DNA from: a virus
Strand: one strand, 5' to 3'
IMG/VR virus record: IMGVR_UViG_3300000557_000001
DNA length: 52,548 bases
Part shown: positions 8,653 to 16,857 of the stretch, one piece after another
Layout: each line of letters begins with the position of its first letter
How positions within the stretch are numbered: position 1 is the stretch's first letter
Made by a program: the position numbers and the translations under genes
The notes under the pieces: model-generated
What the model was told of the DNA's origin: nothing
Seen by the model: the letters and a program-made list of their open reading frames with translations, nothing else
Databases searched by the model: none

Positions 8653-11600
8653 TGAACAGTATAATTATTTTAAATAGCGATCTGCAGCGCATAGCGGATC
8701 TTGACTGGGCAAAGGCTTTGAACCCTGTTTTGGAGCAGGACTATCGCGACGGGGAGCAGGTTTTTAGCTTTGATTATCCGGTTATAGATGAAGAAGCTTT
8801 TAAGCTGGGTGAAAACAGTGATCAGGACGCGGCTGTTTTGGTTATAGCTGACCCGGATACTGGCGACCTGCTGCCTTTTACCATTACTGAAATTGAACAT
8901 TATAAAGATAATAACCGGGATCATATAGCAGTATCGGCCGAAGGGCTTTATTATGAACTGGCAGACGGGCCGGTGCGCGATTATGACTTGATCAGCGCAA
9001 CGGCTGCCACGGCGATCGATCATGCTTTAGAAGGAACCCGGTGGCAGCTTGGAGAGGTTGCTGCAGGCTTTAACACGGCCAATATATACCGGCAGGAAGC
9101 GAACCCGTTGGAAATGCTGCGCCGGATCGCGGCGGAGTTTGACGGGATCTTAAGGTTCCGCATGGAATACAGCGGCGCGCAGGTTACGGCTTTTAAGGTT
9201 GATCTGCAGCAGCCGGACGATCAGTTTAAAGGCTTGCGCTTTGAGTTTGGCCGCAATTTAAAAGGCGTTGAAATTGTTACCGATTATTCGCAACTTAAGA
9301 CGGCGCTATACGGTTTCGCGCAGGGCGATGAATTGGATCTGGACGCTGAACTTGAAGAACCTAAAAAAATGACCTTTGCAGACGTGCAATGGCTGGCAAA
9401 GGTGCTGCACTTTAACGGAAGTTCGACCTTTGTGGACGTTGGGTCACGGGAGGACTTTGATCATACGGACATTGAACTTACTTTTAGGACGGACAGCAGC
9501 AGCGGAACGCAAGTTTTGGCCGCTGGGCTTTATGAAAACATCTGCTTGTTCTTGGTTGATGGCAATATATGGCTTACCGGCTGGCAAGTTTTAAACGGGC
9601 CGACGGTTACTGACGGCGAATGGCATACGATCAGGGCTTATAAGCACGCGGTTCTCAATCTTTGGTTTATACAGGTTGACGGTGAATACGTGGAGCGCGA
9701 AATGTCCAGCGATCAAGATAGCGTTTTAAGTCATTGGTTTGGCTTTGGGGCGCGGATCTATCCGGCGCCGGGCGACACAGAAGATCACTTTGAAGGTGAG
9801 ATCCGCAACGTTAAAGCACGCGAAAATGAAACCGTGATTAATCATTGGCCTTGCGGCGATGGTGAAGGCACGGACATTGAAGATATAGTTGGCACGGACG
9901 ACGGCACGGCAACGGATCCGGGCTGGCAAGACGAAGATCGCTATAATAAGCCGCTGGGCCAAAAGTGGGTCGGTTGTGATGAAGCGCGCGAAAAATACGG
10001 GCTTTATGACCCTGATACCGGGCAGCGGTTACACAGATACGGGCAGCATGAAAGCGAAGCAACTACAAAAGGCGCTTTGTTGGAAGCAACGGCGGAAGTG
10101 CTTGATCGGCGCAAAAAGCCGCGCGTTACCATTACAGCGGATCCGGCCGATCTGGCGAAGGCAAAGGTTACAGATACCGTTACCGGGCAGCCGGTGCAGC
10201 TTGATCACGAAAGCTTTAAGCTGGGTGATTTATGCCATGTTATAGCACGGCATAAGGACATTATTGCAGCGCTGGAAGTGCGTATTGTTAGGCTGCGCCG
10301 GAACCTGAATAATCCAGTGGAAGCCGAAGTTGTTATGGGTGATCCGGTGCCGCTGGACAGTGATTATATAGACAGGCTTGATCGTAAAATGGCAGAGCAG
10401 GCGCGGCAGCAGCGCCGGCTTGATCGTGGCCGTGGGCAAACAACTATAACGATCGCGAGTGAAGATACAAGCCGTCAGCCGTGGTATGCTGATATTATAG
10501 TGCCTGCAGGCGCAGATAATTTTCAAGTTTATCTTGAAAAGGCCATGAACATGCTGCGCGATAAAGACAGCGGCGGCCGCGTGGTTATACTGGAAGGCAA
10601 GTATATTTATAATTCGGAAATGCTGGTTGGCTTCTGGCGCGAAGGCGCGCCGCCGGGCATTATCCCGAACGTTACCGTGGCCGGGCAGGGCGCCGGCACG
10701 GAGCTTCACTTAAAACAAGGGCTTGATTATGGCGTGCGCGGTTTGGTATGTTACGGGGCCGGCGGTGTAAACGTGCAGGACTTGGCAATATACGGCCATA
10801 AGGAAACGCATGATGAGGAAGAAGCCGGGCATCAGAACGGGATCCATTTTATAGGCGGATCCGGGGCCGAGTTTAGGAACTTAACAATTAAAGGCTTTGC
10901 AAGCAGTGGAATTTTAACGTGGCAGGTTAAGCGCAGCAAGATCATTGATTGCGTTATTAGCGATTGCGATCTGCAGGGCATTAACTGCACGGTTACTGAT
11001 GATGATCAGATTGTTGATGAGTTTGGCACGGAAACTTCTGATATTATTATTTCGCGAAATAGCTGCTTTGATAACGAAAGCAATGGGATCCGGGCAAGCA
11101 CTGCAACGGGCTTTTTAATTGCAAACAATAGCTGCAACGAAAATTATCAGGGCATACGGATCAACGATTTGGATGACGGCGGCATAACCGGGAACACTTG
11201 TAAAAAGAACGAAGCAAACGGTATCGTTATAACAGACGGTTGCAGCAATAATGAAATATCCGATAATCTTTGTGTTGAAAATGATATGAACGGGATTTCA
11301 ATGGGTGATAAATCGGTGCAAAACAATATTAACGCTAATATCTGCGAAAATAACGGTTGGAGTGGGATCAACTTATGGGCCGATAACGATACTGACAAGC
11401 CGAATAGGTGCAATATTATAGGCAATGAGTGCAACGATAACGACTGGGATGGAATACATATTTGGAGCGATGAAAATAATATACAGGCTAATAAATGCAC
11501 TGGCAACGATTACGGGGTCTGGATCGGTTATGATGAAGATGCTGGCATACAGGCCGCGGATAACCTTGTTACGAACAACGACTTGATCGGTAACACGGAC

Positions 11601-11657
11601 GGCGCTATAGCGGACGCCGGGGATGGCACGATTACAGATGCCGGGAACCGCGAATAA
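8652..11657 (+). CDS. Tail tip / receptor-binding protein (Tal-like N-terminus, central LamG-like lectin domain, C-terminal right-handed beta-helix)
   Basis: 1001 aa; LamG-like FNGSSTFVDVG..DGEWHTIRAY; PbH1-type repeats NNSCNENYQGIRIN / GNTCKKNEANGIVIT / DNLCVENDMNGISM / GNECNDNDWDGIHIW. Confidence 0.75.
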   Translation: MNSIIILNSDLQRIADLDWAKALNPVLEQDYRDGEQVFSFDYPVIDEEAFKLGENSDQDAAVLVIADPDTGDLLPFTITEIEHYKDNNRDHIAVSAEGLYYELADGPVRDYDLISATAATAIDHALEGTRWQLGEVAAGFNTANIYRQEANPLEMLRRIAAEFDGILRFRMEYSGAQVTAFKVDLQQPDDQFKGLRFEFGRNLKGVEIVTDYSQLKTALYGFAQGDELDLDAELEEPKKMTFADVQWLAKVLHFNGSSTFVDVGSREDFDHTDIELTFRTDSSSGTQVLAAGLYENICLFLVDGNIWLTGWQVLNGPTVTDGEWHTIRAYKHAVLNLWFIQVDGEYVEREMSSDQDSVLSHWFGFGARIYPAPGDTEDHFEGEIRNVKARENETVINHWPCGDGEGTDIEDIVGTDDGTATDPGWQDEDRYNKPLGQKWVGCDEAREKYGLYDPDTGQRLHRYGQHESEATTKGALLEATAEVLDRRKKPRVTITADPADLAKAKVTDTVTGQPVQLDHESFKLGDLCHVIARHKDIIAALEVRIVRLRRNLNNPVEAEVVMGDPVPLDSDYIDRLDRKMAEQARQQRRLDRGRGQTTITIASEDTSRQPWYADIIVPAGADNFQVYLEKAMNMLRDKDSGGRVVILEGKYIYNSEMLVGFWREGAPPGIIPNVTVAGQGAGTELHLKQGLDYGVRGLVCYGAGGVNVQDLAIYGHKETHDEEEAGHQNGIHFIGGSGAEFRNLTIKGFASSGILTWQVKRSKIIDCVISDCDLQGINCTVTDDDQIVDEFGTETSDIIISRNSCFDNESNGIRASTATGFLIANNSCNENYQGIRINDLDDGGITGNTCKKNEANGIVITDGCSNNEISDNLCVENDMNGISMGDKSVQNNINANICENNGWSGINLWADNDTDKPNRCNIIGNECNDNDWDGIHIWSDENNIQANKCTGNDYGVWIGYDEDAGIQAADNLVTNNDLIGNTDGAIADAGDGTITDAGNRE

Positions 11658-11669
11658 GGAGGGCTTTTT

Positions 11670-12110
11670 ATGATTATTGTAATAGGCAAAGAAGCAAGGT
11701 TTGCGCGCTGGTTGTTTAAGGTGAATATAACACAGCAGCAGAAGCGCGATCTTGGTTGCGCGCGCGCGTGCGGACAGGGCGGCATATACTGTTTCAGCGA
11801 TCATGATTACAGGCGCACAGAAGAAGAATTGGCTGCTTGGGGAATACCTTTTACCGTGCAGCAGTTGGAGGAACCTGCCGGCTTTAAACATACGCAGGGC
11901 AAACGTTACAGTTCGCGCACAGAAGCGCTTAATCATATAGAAAAAGGGATCACGCCTGCAAGCGAAGAAATTAACAACTTAAGGGAGCGCCTTAATGAAG
12001 CGGAAAAGTGGGCAGCGGCGGCAGCTTACCGCGTGCAGGCGCTTGATGAACAGCTAAAGAAGCAGCGCTCGGAAAGGAGTGATCAGGATGATGGAGCCGG
12101 AAAAGCTTGA
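11670..12110 (+). CDS. Hypothetical protein with C-terminal coiled coil
   Basis: 146 aa; SD AAGGAGGG 6 nt before the ATG; no family recognised. Confidence 0.5.
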   Translation: MIIVIGKEARFARWLFKVNITQQQKRDLGCARACGQGGIYCFSDHDYRRTEEELAAWGIPFTVQQLEEPAGFKHTQGKRYSSRTEALNHIEKGITPASEEINNLRERLNEAEKWAAAAAYRVQALDEQLKKQRSERSDQDDGAGKA

Positions 12111-12390
12111 CAACGATCGCGATAAAGGCGACAGCGAGCATTATTTAACGCGTGCTGAATTTTATCAGTATATGGGCCGTTTTACAACTAAACTTGAAAA
12201 CCGCTTGACGCTTATGGAAAGCAGACTGGAAAACAAGCTTAACGGCGGCAACGGTAAAAAAAGCGGAGCCGGCTTTAGCTTATTAGGCGGCGATTGTATT
12301 AAGGAAAAAATAATACTAATTCTGATTGGAGCGCTTTTAAGTTTGGCCGGTGCTGCAGCCGGTATTCAGTTTTTATCTGAACTGATTTAA
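12088..12390 (+). CDS. XhlA-like lysis-associated membrane protein (coiled coil plus C-terminal TM helix)
   Basis: ATG 12088, 8 nt after GGAAAGGAG; C-terminal IILILIGALLSLAGAAAGIQFL; sits directly before the endolysin. Confidence 0.55.
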   Translation: MMEPEKLDNDRDKGDSEHYLTRAEFYQYMGRFTTKLENRLTLMESRLENKLNGGNGKKSGAGFSLLGGDCIKEKIILILIGALLSLAGAAAGIQFLSELI

Positions 12391-12404
12391 GGAGGTGAGC
12401 GTGG

Positions 12405-13463
12405 ATGAAAAATTTAGTGCCGATTGAAAAGTGGATCCTTGATTATGGCAAACGTAACAGGCCGTCAACGTTTGAACAGAGTGGGATCTATGGCTTTAAA
12501 CGGGAGCCGGACGAGATTTGCGTGCATAATACCGGCAACCAATCCCCGACCGCAAACGCGCGCAATCACGCAGCGTGGCTGGCGAACACGGCGGATCTGG
12601 TTGTGGGATACCATTACACGATCGACGATGAAGAAATATGGCAGCATATACCGATCAACGAAGCGGCGTGGCACGCAGGCGACGGGCTTAACGGGCATGG
12701 AAACCGGTATTCGATCGGGTTGGAAATATGCGAAAACAAGCTGGGTGCAAACAGTTACAGCGCATATCTGGAAGCGGAGGAAAATGGCGCGTGGCTTTGT
12801 GCAAAGCTAATTAAAACGGTGCCGAGCTTAAAGCCGTTTCCTGATTGCGTTAAACAGCATTATGACTATAACGGCAAGGATTGTCCGCAAGTTATACGGA
12901 ACCGGAGCAACGGCTGGCAGGAATTTCTTGATAAGGTTAAATATTTCCTTGATCACTGGGAAGAACCGGAAGAAGATAACATTGTTTGGCAGGTTGCGAC
13001 CGGCAGTTATGGCGATCTTAATAACGCAAAGGCCGCGCTTTATAGGCTGCTGCACGCAGGCTTTTCGCCGAAGGCTTATGGCATAGAGCGCAACGGGCAG
13101 GAGCTTTACAGGGTCGTTGCAGCCGAAAAGAAAACAAGGCAGCAGGCCATTGATACCGTTGATCTGGTTGAACGTTACGCGGATATGAGCGCTTGGGTGG
13201 TAAAATATGATCTTAACAAGGGCGAACCGTTGGACTTGGAACCGCGGCCATTGCCGCCGGCAGATGAACCGGAAGATCCAGAGCCGGATCCAGAGCCGGA
13301 TCCTGACCCGGATCCTGACCCGGATCCTGACCCGGATAACGGCAACGGCGATCAAGGCGATAATAATGGAAGTGAAGATGGCGAAAAGACCGAGTTTTTG
13401 CAATGGCTGGTTAAACAGCTTAAAGCGCTTATTGCTGCAATAATCAAGCGCCTTAATGGTTGA
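12405..13463 (+). CDS. Endolysin: N-acetylmuramoyl-L-alanine amidase (Amidase_2/PGRP) with SPOR-like domain, Pro/Asp/Glu linker and amphipathic tail
   Basis: 352 aa; HNTGN..HAAW..VGYHYTIDD..AWHAGDG..SIGLEICEN; SPOR-like WQVATGSYGDLNNAKAALYRL. Confidence 0.9.
   Translation: MKNLVPIEKWILDYGKRNRPSTFEQSGIYGFKREPDEICVHNTGNQSPTANARNHAAWLANTADLVVGYHYTIDDEEIWQHIPINEAAWHAGDGLNGHGNRYSIGLEICENKLGANSYSAYLEAEENGAWLCAKLIKTVPSLKPFPDCVKQHYDYNGKDCPQVIRNRSNGWQEFLDKVKYFLDHWEEPEEDNIVWQVATGSYGDLNNAKAALYRLLHAGFSPKAYGIERNGQELYRVVAAEKKTRQQAIDTVDLVERYADMSAWVVKYDLNKGEPLDLEPRPLPPADEPEDPEPDPEPDPDPDPDPDPDPDNGNGDQGDNNGSEDGEKTEFLQWLVKQLKALIAAIIKRLNG
13281..13340 (+). repeat. Tandem 12-nt coding repeat (GA[GC]CCGGATCC[AT]) x5, encoding (EP/DP)n
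   Basis: Units at 13281, 13293, 13305, 13317 and 13329 (last one degenerate); each carries GGATCC. Confidence 0.85.
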
Positions 13464-13517
13464 TTAAACCGGCTGCGCGCGATATAATAAGATTAAACAG
13501 ACGGGAGGTGGTTTAAA

Positions 13518-13937
13518 GTGGCTAATATTAGTGAACACTGGGAACAAAAAATACTTGACGCCGTTTTGCGCGGTGAAACGGTTAGTATGCCGGACAATGT
13601 TTACTGCGGATTAGTTAGCGACAGCGGCACGGATAACGAGTTGGAGCAGAATGACTTAACAAACGAAATCACAGGCTATACAGGCAATCGCAAGCAGATC
13701 AATTTCAGCGCAGTTAGCTGGGAAGATGAGGACAAGACGAACCCTGCAGAAGTGGAAAATGAAAACCTGCTGGAATTTGAAGATATGCCTTCTGGAGCGG
13801 TTAAATACGCTATAGTCTGCGATGCCGACGATGGCGGAAATATCATTTATTGGTGTCCGCTTAAGGATCAAAAAACGGTTAACGCAGGCGATACCTTCCA
13901 GCTTCCGATCAGCGACCTTGTTTGCGATCTGGATTAA
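13518..13937 (+). CDS. Hypothetical protein
   Basis: 139 aa; GTG start 6 nt after GGGAGGTGG; no family recognised. Confidence 0.55.
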   Translation: MANISEHWEQKILDAVLRGETVSMPDNVYCGLVSDSGTDNELEQNDLTNEITGYTGNRKQINFSAVSWEDEDKTNPAEVENENLLEFEDMPSGAVKYAIVCDADDGGNIIYWCPLKDQKTVNAGDTFQLPISDLVCDLD

Positions 13938-13955
13938 GGCAGTGCAGCATAAACC

Positions 13956-13982
13956 GGGAGGGCAGTTAAACGCTGCCCTCCC
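13956..13982 (+). terminator. GC-rich hairpin (weak terminator candidate, no clear U-run)
   Basis: GGGAGGGCAG-ttaaacg-CTGCCCTCCC, 10-bp stem. Confidence 0.4.
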
Positions 13983-14007
13983 TTGCTAAAGGTGGCAATG
14001 AAAAGCA

Positions 14008-16839
14008 ATGCTTACAATTTTTAACATAACGGATACTCACATAGACAACGAAGATCGCGCCGGTTATGTTAATACTTCTTTTAATTGGATCAAGGATAAC
14101 TGGGGATCCGCGGATAAAAACGGGCTGGTTGTGCTGCACGCTGGGGATGTTGTAAATCGTGGTTACAACTTGGACGAGTTTCAGTTGGCCGAACCGGAAA
14201 TGGATATTTTATTTGATAACGACATACCGCTTTTAATAGCGCCGGGGAACCATGATTACGACGATGATAACGAAACGGACTGGGAAGCTGAAACGCGCGG
14301 CTTAACGCGCTTTAACGATCATTTCGGGCTGGATAAATACAGCGACAAAGACTGGTTCGGCGGCAGCCACGGGGAAGGCGCTGAAAATGTTTATTTTTTA
14401 CTTTCAGGCGGCGGCAAGGACTGGTTGTTTATGGCGCTCGAATACCGGCCACGCAGTTCGACCCTTGACTGGGCGAACGGCATTGCAGCGGATCATCCTA
14501 ACAGGGAGATCGTTGTGGTTACACATGAATATTTAGATGGCGCGGAAGAAGCGCTTTTAAGGGATAGCGGAAAAAATATATGGCAAAACTTTGTCTGTAA
14601 ACACGGCAATATTTCGATCGTGCTTTGTGGGCATTGCTTGGGATCTATAGAGGGCGGCACGCATACGGACGGGGCGCGCAGGTTTGATTATAATAATGCC
14701 GGCCGGCGCGTTGGACAATTTTATCATAACTGGCAGGCGTATGAGCATCAGAATAACTATGAAGATTACATGGGTGATCGCGGCGAAGGGCGTTTTAGGA
14801 AGCATAAGTGGGATCAGGATAGCAGCGTGCAGGTGGAAAGTTTTGCGCCGGAACACAGCGGCGAAGAAGAAGATTATATGAAGGAATACCTAACAAGCGG
14901 CCGGCATCAGTTTGATTATACTTTTCCAATGGAGGCGAAAACAGTGCGTGAATATGATTATGAAGTTGAAGCGGATACTTACGATGCCACGGAGCAGGCG
15001 AACCCGGAAAACTGGTTAGTAGAGGGCCGCGCGCGCATAGTGCCGCCGCCGTTTCCTTCTCCCGGTCAGCCGGGCTTAAAGTTTAACAGCACGAAGCGGA
15101 CTTATGCCGGCTTTTCTTCTGGCACGTATGCGCAGGCAGATAGCTCCGTTTTCGGAACCGCGGCGCTATCCGCGATCATGCTGGTTAAGTTTGGATCGGA
15201 GCCGTCGGACGCTAATACGGAAGTCCTTGCAACGGCGTTCGCCACGGCAAACAGTGGGATCCGGCTTTGGGTGAATACCAGTGGCGAAATGAACTTCCGG
15301 GGCGTTTACTCATCAAGCGGCAACTGGAATTTTAACGCGGACGCTGATTTTCCTTGCGACGGCCGCTGGCACGTGGTATATATTGACTGGACTGGAACCA
15401 CGGATAGCGATGGCGCGCGGTTGTTTATTGATGACATGGACAGTCCGGCTGCCACGGACACGGCGGAAATTTGGATCACTTCCCACGCGGACGATCTTAC
15501 CGTGGGCAGGGCAAGCGACCGGAGCGAACGCTGGTTTCCTTCTGGCAGTGGCATTGCCGGGCTGGCGATCTTTGATGTGCGCATTGCAAGCGCAGCGGAT
15601 CGCCGGCGTTTGGCCGACCTGCTGCTTAACGGCGAAGAATTTGATTGCGAAGCTTATTACAGGATGGATGAAGGCAGCGGCAGCAGCATTGATAACGCTG
15701 CAGACGCAGCGGATGACGGGCTGACTTATCATAGCGATGACTGGGGCGAAGAAATAGTGCCTTCCAGTTGGGTGCAATTTTCCGATCGTGTTTTGCCGGC
15801 GCAAGTGGGCGGCCATCCAATAAGCGTTATATTTGAACTGGCAGCGCATGAGCAGCCGACGGAAGAAAATATGGGGCTTTGGTCAACTGTTTTTTCCACG
15901 GCGGATCACGGGATCCGCTGCTGGTTAAGCACGGCCGGGAATTTAACGGTGGCCGGCTGCCACGGATCAAGCGGCGACTGGACATTTATACTTTCGCACG
16001 GCTTTAACTTTGATGGGAACCGGCACGTTTGCTGTTTTACGTGGATTGACGGCTCTGATGGCGGCGAAGTGCGCCTGTTTGTTGATGATTATGAAGGCGC
16101 AGTTGATAGTCAAAACGCGGACGCGGATCTAAACTGGCATAGCTACGATCTTGTCTTTGGCCGGGCAAACGATCGGAACGAACGTTATGCCGGGATAGAG
16201 CTTGCAAACTTTGCAGTGTTTGATAAAGAGCTTGCATGGTGGGAGCGCGAAATTTACTTTGACGACCTAAAAAATGGCGATCTTATCCCGGAAGATAGCG
16301 ACGGGCTTATACATTATTATCCGATGCGCAAGGGCGGCGGCGATGAAGTTAAAGATACCGTGGGCAGTGCAAACGGTAAAATTTACGGCGGCGCCGGCTG
16401 GATGAAAGATGACGTTTTGCTATTCAACCTGATGCCGTTTATTGAACCTTATTGGACGGAAGGTTATACAAGCGGCACGCGCAGCGTTGATTATAAAGAT
16501 GATCATATAGAGCTTGAAGTTAGCGGCAGCGACAGCCAGATAAATTTACGGGTTGACAATGCAATCGATCTGGGTGATTTTAGCGAAATTATGTTTGAAT
16601 TTGAAGTGGAGGACGGCAGCGGCGCGATTGTGCAACTTGGAGTTTTTACCAGCACAGGGCAGCAATACATGGACGCTTCGCGATCTATCCGTTATCTGCC
16701 GGACGCGCAAGGCCACGGGCGGCGCGTGCATATACTAAAAACCGGCGTATCTGGAACGAATTATCCGGGCTTTGGTATCAGGCGCACGGCAGCCGGCAGC
16801 AGCAAGTTAAAGGTTTATAATGTTACCTTGTTAAAATAA
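14008..16839 (+). CDS. Calcineurin-like metallophosphoesterase fused to two LamG/concanavalin-like domains and a C-terminal beta-rich domain
   Basis: 943 aa; DTHIDNED, HAGDVVNRG, APGNHDYD, VVTHEYL, LCGHCLG; two copies of GIR(L/C)W..G...(F/V)..SSG(N/D)W.F......DG.(W/R)H(V/C). Confidence 0.75.
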   Translation: MLTIFNITDTHIDNEDRAGYVNTSFNWIKDNWGSADKNGLVVLHAGDVVNRGYNLDEFQLAEPEMDILFDNDIPLLIAPGNHDYDDDNETDWEAETRGLTRFNDHFGLDKYSDKDWFGGSHGEGAENVYFLLSGGGKDWLFMALEYRPRSSTLDWANGIAADHPNREIVVVTHEYLDGAEEALLRDSGKNIWQNFVCKHGNISIVLCGHCLGSIEGGTHTDGARRFDYNNAGRRVGQFYHNWQAYEHQNNYEDYMGDRGEGRFRKHKWDQDSSVQVESFAPEHSGEEEDYMKEYLTSGRHQFDYTFPMEAKTVREYDYEVEADTYDATEQANPENWLVEGRARIVPPPFPSPGQPGLKFNSTKRTYAGFSSGTYAQADSSVFGTAALSAIMLVKFGSEPSDANTEVLATAFATANSGIRLWVNTSGEMNFRGVYSSSGNWNFNADADFPCDGRWHVVYIDWTGTTDSDGARLFIDDMDSPAATDTAEIWITSHADDLTVGRASDRSERWFPSGSGIAGLAIFDVRIASAADRRRLADLLLNGEEFDCEAYYRMDEGSGSSIDNAADAADDGLTYHSDDWGEEIVPSSWVQFSDRVLPAQVGGHPISVIFELAAHEQPTEENMGLWSTVFSTADHGIRCWLSTAGNLTVAGCHGSSGDWTFILSHGFNFDGNRHVCCFTWIDGSDGGEVRLFVDDYEGAVDSQNADADLNWHSYDLVFGRANDRNERYAGIELANFAVFDKELAWWEREIYFDDLKNGDLIPEDSDGLIHYYPMRKGGGDEVKDTVGSANGKIYGGAGWMKDDVLLFNLMPFIEPYWTEGYTSGTRSVDYKDDHIELEVSGSDSQINLRVDNAIDLGDFSEIMFEFEVEDGSGAIVQLGVFTSTGQQYMDASRSIRYLPDAQGHGRRVHILKTGVSGTNYPGFGIRRTAAGSSKLKVYNVTLLK

Positions 16840-16857
16840 GCGCAGGAGGTGATCAGC

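Noticed and set aside
11373-11936. Long minus-strand ORFs in the track (for example 11373-11936, 12828-13403, 17589-18128, 24049-24642, 46853-47401)
   Set aside because: Each lies antisense to a + strand gene with clear family motifs. They lack SD sites and translate to low-complexity Arg/Pro/Ser/Cys-rich sequence. They look like shadow ORFs.
14008-16839. Interpreting the large metallophosphoesterase as an SbcD/Mre11 recombination nuclease
   Set aside because: There is no SbcC/Rad50 partner, it is fused to two lectin-like LamG domains, and it lies in the late/structural transcription unit rather than the replication module.
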